Positions 37,564 through 46,409 are shown, numbered from the stretch's first letter. The stretch is DNA of 64,000 bases from Candidatus Omnitrophota bacterium (GCA_026387335.1 JAPLLX010000002.1:77326-141325), one strand, 5' to 3'. The notes: a model not told the origin generated them from the sequence alone. Translations and numbers: made by a program.

Positions 37564-39357
37564 ATGCATAAGATAAAGTGGCACGGCTTATTTTTTGCAA
37601 TAATTCTAGCGGGTACTTTTTCTTTTGCCTTGGCGCAGGATGATACCTCGACAGACTTAGATAGAATAGTTGTTTCTAAGAGCAGAAACTTGTTTTCAGG
37701 CGGGTATTCTTTAAGTGCTGCCGACCTAGAAGCCCTTCCGGCAAGCTCAATTATTGAAGCAGTAGGTTCATTACCTTTAGATTTACAGAGCCGCTCACCG
37801 CACTCAGGGATCCAAGCAGATTTTTCTTTACGCGGGTCAAGTTTTCAGGATGTGCTTCTTCTTCTTAACGGCCGGCGGATTAACGATCCCCAGACAGCCC
37901 ATTTTAATTCCGATATTCCCTTTACCCGCGCGGATATCTCCAAGGCCCAGGTTTTGCCTTCAGCTTCTTCATCGCTTTTTGGCCCGGACGCGATAGGAGG
38001 GGCGGTTAATTTCATTATTAAAAGGCCGCAAGAGAAAAAATACGTTTTAGAATTATCCGGGGGCCAGCATAACACTTTTTCAGGGCTTTTTAGCGCCAGC
38101 GATAAGATTAAAGACTTGGGGTTAAGGCTATCCATAGAGAGAGCGCAGTCATCCGGGTTCCATGAGGACACAGATTATAAAAAATTTACCACAAGTATCG
38201 CTTCTTCTCTAGCCTTGCCGTTGGGCTCCTTTGATTTTAATATGGGGTATCAGCAAAAGGAATTCGGAGCGTTTGATTTTTATACCCCCGGAAAAAATAA
38301 TCCTTCCAAGGAGTGGACAAGGACGTATCTTTTAGATACCGGATTCAATTTAGATAAGGATGGTTTGGTGATTAAGCCGAATTTTATCTGGCGCAGGCAT
38401 TTTGATAAATTCCAGCTGGATAAAACAGGGGTGAAAAGTAATTTTGTCAGTAATCACCGTAACGACACATATACACCGAGTATTTATTTTCAAAAGGAAT
38501 TTTTAAGCCTGGGCAAACTCGGTTTTGGCCTGGAATATGGAGATGAACGTATTACCTCCACTACTTTAGGCAGGCACAATAGGGAGCACAAAAGCCTATT
38601 TATTGATGACGCGCTAGATTTAACTCCAGCGCTTTCTTCAGGCTTATCTTTTCGCCTGGATGATTTTGACAGTTTTAATACAGCTTATACCGGCTCCTTA
38701 ACCTTGCGCTACGAAATCCTTAGCCAAAACTTTTTGCATTTTGCGGTTTCCCGGAATATTCGCGTGCCTTCTTTTACCGAGCTTTATTATAGCGATGACG
38801 GTTATACTATAGGTAACTCTAATCTTTCAGCCGAGAAGTCCCTGAATTACGAAATCGGTTACGAAATCAAAAAAGAGAGATTTTCCTTTAGCCCGACACT
38901 ATTCTTCCGCAGGGAGGATGATTTTATTGACTGGGTAATGGCTGGTTCAAGATGGCAGGCTAAAAACATTTCCGGCGCGGATGTGCTTGGGATAGAAACT
39001 CGATTCGGATGGGAAATAAATAAAATTGCTAGCGTAAATACCAATTATACCTATATTAATAAATTCACGAATAATGAGTACCTTTTTAAATACGGGCCCA
39101 ACTATGCCCGGCACCTGTGGAATACCGAATTTGTCTTCCAGCTTCCTTTCGGCGCTCAAAGTATAGGTTTTACCTATAAAAAGAAACCCGGTCGAGACGG
39201 CTGGTTTCTGCTTAACGCCCGCGCAAACTTCAATTTAAATAAAAATACCTCTTTATTTATTACGGGGACAAACCTGCTTAATACCGGTTATCAGGAGATA
39301 GAGGGGATACCTCAGCCCGGAAGGTGGGTAGATTCCGGATTTAGGCTTGAATGGTAA
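37564..39357 (+). CDS. TonB-dependent outer-membrane receptor
   Basis: 597 aa with a signal peptide, plug-domain motifs (DRIVVS, LLLNGRRINDP, FGPDAIGGAVNFI) and a C-terminal beta-barrel ending in an aromatic residue (GFRLEW). Confidence 0.8.
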   Translation: MHKIKWHGLFFAIILAGTFSFALAQDDTSTDLDRIVVSKSRNLFSGGYSLSAADLEALPASSIIEAVGSLPLDLQSRSPHSGIQADFSLRGSSFQDVLLLLNGRRINDPQTAHFNSDIPFTRADISKAQVLPSASSSLFGPDAIGGAVNFIIKRPQEKKYVLELSGGQHNTFSGLFSASDKIKDLGLRLSIERAQSSGFHEDTDYKKFTTSIASSLALPLGSFDFNMGYQQKEFGAFDFYTPGKNNPSKEWTRTYLLDTGFNLDKDGLVIKPNFIWRRHFDKFQLDKTGVKSNFVSNHRNDTYTPSIYFQKEFLSLGKLGFGLEYGDERITSTTLGRHNREHKSLFIDDALDLTPALSSGLSFRLDDFDSFNTAYTGSLTLRYEILSQNFLHFAVSRNIRVPSFTELYYSDDGYTIGNSNLSAEKSLNYEIGYEIKKERFSFSPTLFFRREDDFIDWVMAGSRWQAKNISGADVLGIETRFGWEINKIASVNTNYTYINKFTNNEYLFKYGPNYARHLWNTEFVFQLPFGAQSIGFTYKKKPGRDGWFLLNARANFNLNKNTSLFITGTNLLNTGYQEIEGIPQPGRWVDSGFRLEW

Positions 39358-39372
39358 AAGATTATTGCTATA

Positions 39373-39672
39373 ATGTTATCTATGTTTATTCATGTTGTTT
39401 TATTCCAGGTTAAGCCTAAAGAAGTGGCCAAATACCGCAAGGATAGCCTGATGTGGGCCAGTTATACTAAGAAAGCTAAAGGATTTGTGGCGTATTTTAC
39501 TATGAAGCGTTACGGTCGCCTTAATCAATACGCTTCAGTGTATGAATGGGATAGAAAAGTTGATCACAACCGCTTTATGAAGAAATACCACGATTGGTTG
39601 GTAAGCAAATCCAAAGCCAAGGTAAAAGTGCTGGGTTATTATAACCTTAAAGGCATAGATAGGCTAAGGTAA
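39373..39672 (+). CDS. small ABM/Dabb-like ferredoxin-fold protein (candidate)
   Basis: 99 aa. Only the pattern of an antibiotic-biosynthesis-monooxygenase-like fold. Its position after a TonB receptor is reminiscent of IsdG-type proteins, but this is weak. Confidence 0.3.
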   Translation: MLSMFIHVVLFQVKPKEVAKYRKDSLMWASYTKKAKGFVAYFTMKRYGRLNQYASVYEWDRKVDHNRFMKKYHDWLVSKSKAKVKVLGYYNLKGIDRLR

Positions 39673-39688
39673 AAATACCTAAAAAAAC

Positions 39689-39716
39689 TTGAAATTCGCC
39701 TATTTTATGGTATACT
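39689..39716 (+). promoter_or_regulatory. promoter of the giant ORF (TTGAAA-N16-TATACT with TGn extended -10)
   Basis: TTGAAA at 39689-39694 and TGGTATACT at 39708-39716. Confidence 0.55.
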
Positions 39717-39781
39717 TTCTTAAGTTTTAGGTAGTTAGGATTAGCGTTCCCGCTGGAGGGCGGAAACGCGGAGAAGTCTAT

Positions 39782-39829
39782 AAACCAGAATGCCACGAAC
39801 AAGGGTCGGCTTTCTGGTTTTTTATTTTC
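39782..39829 (+). terminator. intrinsic terminator inside the 5' leader of the giant ORF (attenuator or riboswitch expression platform)
   Basis: AAACCAGAAtGCC-N13-GGCtTTCTGGTTT stem followed by TTTTTTATTTT. It ends 36 nt before ATG 39866. Confidence 0.65.
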
Positions 39830-39865
39830 CGGTATTATTAAAGAGATTAAAAAAGGAGTTAGGGA

Positions 39866-42800
39866 ATGAAAGTCAAATTAAGAAAAATCCTATCTTTAGC
39901 TTTAACCATTAGTTTACTTTTTCAGCAAATAGGTTTTGCCCAGATAGCTACCGAACTTAACCTGGTCAATCACTTCGCCAGGATGGCTAGCAGTCTCACA
40001 GTAGAGAAATTTCGGCCCCTGCACCTGCGTTATTTCTCTTACGACAACTTAAATGACAATTTCAAGGTATTGGTGGATAAAGGTGACTTCGAGAAGGGAC
40101 TGTCCCCGAAGGGGGCTGTCCCTGAAGAGAAACTTAAAGAAGAAACCAAAACCCTCCTTAGCTACTTCCTTGTAGGAGTTACTCTTCCAGATAGTATGTT
40201 CTGGGTTAACCTGCGCCCTGATTCCGAAGACCAGATAATAGACCAGTATCTGGAGAAGACAGATATAGGTAAGATAATGCTGGAAGCAGATCTCCAGCTA
40301 AAGAAAGACACCGCGCTAATGACTTCTCCGGCTACCCCTGAAGGTAGGGAATACTGGGATAGGCTCTATAAGAAGGCAGCCGAGCTTTATGGCTATGATA
40401 ATGTTAGCATACCTACCTTAACCCGGCCCTGGATAGTCCCCGGAGAAATAATTGTCCGGGAATCTCAAGACTCAGCCTATGTTTATAAAGCTAATCTTAA
40501 GGTAATGCTGGAGCAGGATTACTTAAAAGATTCTAGTAACTATAACTTTAAAGACAGCCGCTCCAAAGCCCTGAATGAATACTCATCCGAACTAATAAGG
40601 GAATTAATTATCCCTAAGCTCACTAAAGAAGTAAACTCCAGCAAAAGATACGCTCCTTTACGCCAGGTATATTACTCTTTAATCCTGGCCCGCTGGTTTA
40701 AACTGCGCTTTAGCGGCAAAACCGGCACCTATGCTTCGCTCATTAACACTAGGAATTTAACTAACTTAATATCTAAAGACTCCTGGTCCAAGACCGATTA
40801 TTTTAAACAATACCAAAAATCCTTCTCTGAAGGCGAATACAATATCCAAGAACCAGTGCGTACCCCTACAGGCCAGGTAATCAGGAGTTACTTTAGCGGC
40901 GGGATAGATGTAGCTAGTAGCGCTATTAATACTCAGAATGGCGTTAGTAATCTTAAAGCGGCGTTGCCCCTTTCTTTGTTTTCTCGAACCGGAGTCATAA
41001 TAGGAGGAAATGCCGCAAGGCCTTTTAGCGTAAATCTGCAGCCCGTTGTTGCCGCTTCAGTCGGCGCCGCCTCGCCGGTTAAAACCTCTAGCCCGATATT
41101 TACTCTTGATGATAGAAATGGGGTAGTCTTTTCTGTTTATCCCAGAACAGAAATAAGAGAGGATCAACTAAGAGAGGCGGCGGAGGTTTTGAAAAACCGG
41201 ATTTTTAACTATCCAAAAAATGGCAAGATTATTGATATTCAGCTAGTCCCTGGCTCTAAGCGGCAGATAGCTTATCCTACGCGCTGGAAAATAGTTATAG
41301 AGCATAAGCCTGATTTAGAAGAAACTCTGGTTACATTAGTAAATGATCAGGGCAAAGTTATTATTAATATAGGCTATTCTATCGATAGTAAAGCGCTCGA
41401 TTTACCAGAAAAACTTCTTAACGAACACCTGCAGATGGCATTGATTAGCGCCGCATCCAGAATAAGGTTTAATTCACTGGCCGCCGCCTCGCCGGTTAGT
41501 TCATTAGAAAATCAAGCATATCTTCTTGCTTTAACCTTGGGCATAAAAGATTCAGAAAGGAAGTATGTCGCGGTGGTATTTATGATGCCTTTGATAAAAG
41601 CCTTTATGGATAATAGTAATCCTCCTCCGACTTCAAGCCAGGCCAAAGAATTCTATCAGAGAATAATAAATAATACAGACAAGACAGTTTCAGTTGAAGT
41701 TTTAGCCCGGTCGTTTGCTTTCCTTTCAAATCCGAACGCTAGCTTGTCGGAAAAAGAAAAATTCAACAGCTCGCCGGTGACTTCAAATTTAGCTAAGGCA
41801 GTTGAGGAAGCGCAAAGCCAGTTGCCGGCAGATGTAAATGAACAGATTTTAAAGTTTATTGTTACCGGCGATGAAAATGGAAGAATACTTTATCCTATTT
41901 GGCCGCAAGATTCTGTTATGGTCGGACATGTCAGAGATGACCGGGCTGGATATTTTGCCAGAGGCCTGCAGAATAGAGGCTTTAAAAATTTATTAGGATA
42001 TATTAAATTTACCAATGATTTCCAAGGTAAAGCTGTTTTGTCCGAAGAAACTATCGCTAGTGTTCCAAATACTTTTTTTGAGAGAATATCCAACAAGGGG
42101 TATCAAGTGTTGGTGATTTCTGAAGATGAGAAGAAAAGCCATACGGGTAAAAACGCTGCCGGTAGGAAAAAGGACGGGCTTTTCCCCGGGCAAAAACAGA
42201 TTGTAATACCTATGCAGAAATCTGAAATGGCCTATGTAGATACTCCCCAGATGAAAATGAAAGAATGCGCTGACGAGGTATTAAATGGACTGGATGACGA
42301 TGCTACAGATTTTATTTTAGTTAATCTGCTAAGTTCAGATATGATGAAACACACCGGTAACTTCCAAGCGGCAAAAAAAAGTAATGAAATAACCGACCAG
42401 CAGATCGGAAGAATAAAAGAAAAGGTTGATAGAATAAAAAGCCATATTCTGGGTGATATGATGAAAGAAGTCAATAAATACTTATCTAGAGAAGAGGCCA
42501 GTCAGCTTTATGTTTTACTATTGAATAATTATGCTGAATTTTTAGCAAGGCTGAAGAATAAAAACCAGGAGCTCTATAAACGGATAAAAGATTTAGAAGC
42601 CAAAATTCCCATCTTTGTTATTACTGCTGACCATGGCGCTTCTGAGGCAGGTCTCACTGATAATCCGAAGGAATCCGACACTTTCCATACAGCCAATCCA
42701 GTGCCGTATATTATTTATGATCCCCTAAGAACTCAAAAATTAGCTTTAAAGTCCGGACAGACCATCAGGAATAACGGGGCTACATTATTACACCTATTAG

Positions 42801-45800
42801 GCGAAGAGATCCCCCAAGGGTCTGATCCCAGCTTGCTGCCTGATGATTATCAAGGAAGTAAGCGTAGGATCACGATGGCTGTTTTGGATGGCTGGGGTAT
42901 AAACCCTGATCAGAATTATCCCTGGGATGCTATCCGGCTGGCCAATACACCTAATTATGACTGGATGGTTGAGAATGCGTCTTTCACTCAGGTCCAAGCG
43001 CACGGTGAAGTGATCGGATTAAGAGGCCCATTATCTTTGGAAGAAGGTAGACACCATTTAAGAGGCCTGCAAGCAGGCCAGACTGACGTTGGCCACCTGC
43101 ATTTGTTCTCACTGAGAGAGATTAAACAACCTTTATGGTATGTAGACAGGCTTATCAAAGGCAGTATACGCGATGGCGTTTTTGATGAAAGCAAACCCGA
43201 AGTCCAGGTATTGGTAAAAGAATTACAAAGGGTTAAGGATAATAATTTGAGATTTCATTATATAACCATCGCTTCTGAGGGTGGAGTGCATTCTTCGCTC
43301 TATCATATGTATGCCTTGATGAGATTAGCTAAGAAAATCGGCTTAAGGCAGGATCAATTTATTATCCATTTTGCCGCTGACGGTAGGGATGTGCCTACGC
43401 GCACCGCGCATCTATACATTCAGGATGTTGAAAAACGCATTGAAGAAATTGGAATAGGCGTAATTGCAACGGTATTTGGCAGGGATATGTTCGTACGTAA
43501 GGATGGCGCAGAAAATATCACTAATCGCATCATTGATGTAATGGAGGGTATTAATCTGGATGCGCAGGATGTCACGCAGGTAAAATCTGTCGCCAGCTCG
43601 GCGGTCACAGCAGTAGAATCTTTGAGAAATGATATTCTAACTAGGCTAAAAGAACGGATAAAAGATGATTCTGTTGTTAACCTGGTAAGGTCAAACTACT
43701 TATTTTATACGGCGAATACTCCTTCTAAATTAGCAAAGGCACTTGTTCAGATAGAAGAGAATCTGGATGGATTGATTATGTCTGCCACCGAAGAAAGATC
43801 GAGAGACCTGCAGACGCTCCAAGAATCAATAGAATCAGAACTGGCTAAACTTGTCTCCGTCGACTTGCCGGTGGAGACTATCAGTGAATTTGCAAAGATA
43901 GTTGAAAAACTGGCTGGTTATGGAGATGTAAGTTTTGATATATCGGGAACGGGAACTTTGAGAATACGCTATGCTGGTAATTTGTCTATGGTAGATAAGG
44001 TAGAAGCCGACAAGCTTCTGGTTAAGGCTAGAAAATTAATAGTAGAAGTTTCTTCTATAATAGGAAAAAAGATAAGCCAGTCATATGTGATGAAATTCCC
44101 GCAGGGGACTTTAGCTGCTAAGATAAGGGAAGATTTACTGCTTGAAAAAGCAAGGATATCAGAAAGTTTCGCCAGCTCGGAGGTTACTTATATAGACATA
44201 AATGAAGTAAGGCCGCCGGATAAGAGTTTTACTTTTCAACCCACAAATGGAGTGAGAATTTTTATTAATAATCGTGTCAATTGGTATACTCTGCAATTGG
44301 CTAGGTATGAGCCGGGAAAGAAGAATTATTTGATATTTAAGATTGGCAATCAACCTGTTCATTACGCTTACCTGAGCAGTAATCTTACAATTGGCCAACA
44401 GGATGTTGTTAGGACTATAATGAGAAAAATAGAGAATGGAACTCAGCTGTGGACAGAAATAGACTTAATCCAAGCGTTGGAAAAAGCATTATCTATGTCA
44501 CAATATAAGCCTAAAACTCAAGAATTACCGTCACCAATTATAATAGAACCTATTGTAGATAATAAAATTAAAGTGGAGTCGGGTGATTCAGAGCGCGCCA
44601 GCTCGCCGGTGCAGAAGGAAGAAAGATCGAACTATCTATTCTCTGGGTTACAGGAGGCAACCTTAGATGCAATTGGGGATATCCAGGGATTGGCAAGTTG
44701 GGCGCCTTTAATAGAAGAAGGCCCCAGCGGCGTAGAGCTAGGTATGGATATTATAATGAAGGAATACGGTTTAGATTCAGATAAGCCTATTCTTACGCAA
44801 CGATTAGCCGAACCAGGTAATTTTAAAGAGCTTTTGGAAAAAATCGATAAATTATATGAGTTTTTGGAAAAAAAATTAGAGAGCTTTTCTAAATTACTCG
44901 CTGATGTTAAAGAACAACAAAAGAAAATAATGACCCAGCATATAAGTAGTGTTAGCGACCAGGGTAAGGGTATAGAAAAAAGTTCCGTTTATTGGGGGAG
45001 TGAGTTTGTTTTAGAAGTTGCAATTAATAACATTGAAATAGCAATGCTTAAGTTAAGGCAAGCTGTTGAGAAAGTCAAAGGAGATATAGCTATTGTACCC
45101 AACTCATATATCGGGACTAAATTAAAGGAAGGCGCCAGCTCGGCGGTAACCAGAGAGAAAAAAGAGTCAGTTAACCTTTTAGGCGGAAGCACGCAAAAAA
45201 GAGTGCTTAGGGTTTATGAAGAGAAGGGCAGAGATTTAATAGCTACAGCCCTAGCTACAGGCCTTACTTTGGATATTGTATCTGAGTATGTTAAGGACGC
45301 CAAGCGTAATCCGGCCAGCTCGGCGGTGACGGAAAAAATTAAGGAAACGTTTCGCCAAGGAGGACTTTCCTTGAGTGAGTATACTATGGATTATATCGCG
45401 AAAAGGTTAAGCTCCATATTAAAGGATGGCGATGATATTGATAGAGATACTGCTGCTAAAATATTAATTAGCGTATATGATAATAATAAGCTTGCGGGTG
45501 GAACTCGAGCCCTCGGTCAAGTGTTTGCAACGCTTAATGATGCCAGGGAATTGCGGGAAATGGTAAAATACATCCGCGATCAGAAGGATAAATCTGTTGC
45601 CAGCTCGGCGGTGCATCATAAAATAATCAACCTCTACGATTTTGATTCTATCAAGGCGAAGAAAATAGATCCAAGTATTTTAAAAAATAGATTCATAGAG
45701 AAAATAGAAGAATTAATAGCAGATGTAAGGGAAGGTAAGAGAAGAGAATTTGCCGGTGAGTTGATACGATTAGCGAAAGCTGATGAGAACCTTTATACGA

Positions 45801-46357
45801 TTTGGTTTACCGATACAACATGGGTAGATATTAGACCTCAAGGGACAGAGATAGATATTAATTTTAGGTGTCGAGCTGGAATAGAGCAAAGCGTTGTGTG
45901 GGATGTTAGGCGTTTGATTAAGCTTTCCCAGTCAGAATTGTTAGTAGGAACCGTCGGCTCGGCGGTGCAGACTCCTGAGGAGACCGCAAGTTCAGCGTTG
46001 ACTCCCGGCGGTATTGATTTCCGCGCTCTACCGATGAGCATCCAGCCGATGGGAAGTTTTGCGGGCCTGAATTTTAAGCTGCCGCAGTTGACTCAAGCGC
46101 AGCTTAAGCAAATCAATATTGAATCAGAGATGCAACAGGTTAAGAATCTGGTAGAATCAGGGATTGTTCCTTCCGGAGACAGGATTAAAGAGCTTATCGC
46201 CGCTTGCAGCCAGAAGGGGAAGATTAGTTATTATGTAGATAATCTATTACTCTGCCTGGTAGATATATGTAAACTTGAAGAGCAGAATGCCTTTGAAACT
46301 TCCCCGGAGCTAAGAGAGGCGCTGGCGATTGTTGATTCGCTTGGCGGGCAGGTATAA
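39866..46357 (+). CDS. giant secreted mosaic protein (2163 aa) with embedded circularly permuted iPGM-like phosphatase domain; function unknown
   Basis: Uninterrupted 6.5-kb ORF with RBS AAAAGGAG and signal peptide MKVKLRKILSLALTISLLFQQIGFAQ. Has recurring ASS(A/P)V junctions, iPGM motifs (see findings), and a C-terminal PGGIDFRALP region. Confidence 0.9.
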   Translation: MKVKLRKILSLALTISLLFQQIGFAQIATELNLVNHFARMASSLTVEKFRPLHLRYFSYDNLNDNFKVLVDKGDFEKGLSPKGAVPEEKLKEETKTLLSYFLVGVTLPDSMFWVNLRPDSEDQIIDQYLEKTDIGKIMLEADLQLKKDTALMTSPATPEGREYWDRLYKKAAELYGYDNVSIPTLTRPWIVPGEIIVRESQDSAYVYKANLKVMLEQDYLKDSSNYNFKDSRSKALNEYSSELIRELIIPKLTKEVNSSKRYAPLRQVYYSLILARWFKLRFSGKTGTYASLINTRNLTNLISKDSWSKTDYFKQYQKSFSEGEYNIQEPVRTPTGQVIRSYFSGGIDVASSAINTQNGVSNLKAALPLSLFSRTGVIIGGNAARPFSVNLQPVVAASVGAASPVKTSSPIFTLDDRNGVVFSVYPRTEIREDQLREAAEVLKNRIFNYPKNGKIIDIQLVPGSKRQIAYPTRWKIVIEHKPDLEETLVTLVNDQGKVIINIGYSIDSKALDLPEKLLNEHLQMALISAASRIRFNSLAAASPVSSLENQAYLLALTLGIKDSERKYVAVVFMMPLIKAFMDNSNPPPTSSQAKEFYQRIINNTDKTVSVEVLARSFAFLSNPNASLSEKEKFNSSPVTSNLAKAVEEAQSQLPADVNEQILKFIVTGDENGRILYPIWPQDSVMVGHVRDDRAGYFARGLQNRGFKNLLGYIKFTNDFQGKAVLSEETIASVPNTFFERISNKGYQVLVISEDEKKSHTGKNAAGRKKDGLFPGQKQIVIPMQKSEMAYVDTPQMKMKECADEVLNGLDDDATDFILVNLLSSDMMKHTGNFQAAKKSNEITDQQIGRIKEKVDRIKSHILGDMMKEVNKYLSREEASQLYVLLLNNYAEFLARLKNKNQELYKRIKDLEAKIPIFVITADHGASEAGLTDNPKESDTFHTANPVPYIIYDPLRTQKLALKSGQTIRNNGATLLHLLGEEIPQGSDPSLLPDDYQGSKRRITMAVLDGWGINPDQNYPWDAIRLANTPNYDWMVENASFTQVQAHGEVIGLRGPLSLEEGRHHLRGLQAGQTDVGHLHLFSLREIKQPLWYVDRLIKGSIRDGVFDESKPEVQVLVKELQRVKDNNLRFHYITIASEGGVHSSLYHMYALMRLAKKIGLRQDQFIIHFAADGRDVPTRTAHLYIQDVEKRIEEIGIGVIATVFGRDMFVRKDGAENITNRIIDVMEGINLDAQDVTQVKSVASSAVTAVESLRNDILTRLKERIKDDSVVNLVRSNYLFYTANTPSKLAKALVQIEENLDGLIMSATEERSRDLQTLQESIESELAKLVSVDLPVETISEFAKIVEKLAGYGDVSFDISGTGTLRIRYAGNLSMVDKVEADKLLVKARKLIVEVSSIIGKKISQSYVMKFPQGTLAAKIREDLLLEKARISESFASSEVTYIDINEVRPPDKSFTFQPTNGVRIFINNRVNWYTLQLARYEPGKKNYLIFKIGNQPVHYAYLSSNLTIGQQDVVRTIMRKIENGTQLWTEIDLIQALEKALSMSQYKPKTQELPSPIIIEPIVDNKIKVESGDSERASSPVQKEERSNYLFSGLQEATLDAIGDIQGLASWAPLIEEGPSGVELGMDIIMKEYGLDSDKPILTQRLAEPGNFKELLEKIDKLYEFLEKKLESFSKLLADVKEQQKKIMTQHISSVSDQGKGIEKSSVYWGSEFVLEVAINNIEIAMLKLRQAVEKVKGDIAIVPNSYIGTKLKEGASSAVTREKKESVNLLGGSTQKRVLRVYEEKGRDLIATALATGLTLDIVSEYVKDAKRNPASSAVTEKIKETFRQGGLSLSEYTMDYIAKRLSSILKDGDDIDRDTAAKILISVYDNNKLAGGTRALGQVFATLNDARELREMVKYIRDQKDKSVASSAVHHKIINLYDFDSIKAKKIDPSILKNRFIEKIEELIADVREGKRREFAGELIRLAKADENLYTIWFTDTTWVDIRPQGTEIDINFRCRAGIEQSVVWDVRRLIKLSQSELLVGTVGSAVQTPEETASSALTPGGIDFRALPMSIQPMGSFAGLNFKLPQLTQAQLKQINIESEMQQVKNLVESGIVPSGDRIKELIAACSQKGKISYYVDNLLLCLVDICKLEEQNAFETSPELREALAIVDSLGGQV
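43592..45613 (+). repeat. dispersed in-frame 14-mer GCCAGCTCGGCGGT (4 exact copies, 2 one-mismatch copies)
   Basis: Exact copies start at 43592, 45134, 45314 and 45599. One-mismatch copies start at 44171 (GCCAGCTCGGAGGT) and 44597 (GCCAGCTCGCCGGT). Degenerate relatives start at 41066, 41480, 41768, 45956 and 45986. Confidence 0.9.
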
Positions 46358-46381
46358 AGCCGGTTTAGAGGCAAAATTTAG

Positions 46382-46409
46382 TTGACAATTGCATAATTTA
46401 GTGTATACT
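46382..46409 (+). promoter_or_regulatory. promoter of the cold-shock gene (TTGACA-N16-TATACT)
   Basis: TTGACA at 46382-46387 and TATACT at 46404-46409. It leaves a leader of about 115 nt containing hairpin AACCGTAAGG-N15-CCTTACGGTT (46444-46478) followed by a T run. Confidence 0.55.

Noticed and set aside
39723-39781. Attempt to assign the giant-ORF leader to a known riboswitch class
   Set aside because: I found no convincing match by eye to c-di-GMP-I/II, guanidine-I/II, ZTP, preQ1, fluoride, glycine, SAM-II or yybP consensus cores. It is left as an unclassified leader, and a covariance-model scan is required.
43592-45613. Repeated GC-rich 14-mer considered as a CRISPR array or REP-type element
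   Set aside because: Spacing is irregular (180 to 580 bp). Every copy is in the same reading frame of one long ORF, and the repeats are not palindromic. It is a coding junction motif, not a CRISPR or REP element.
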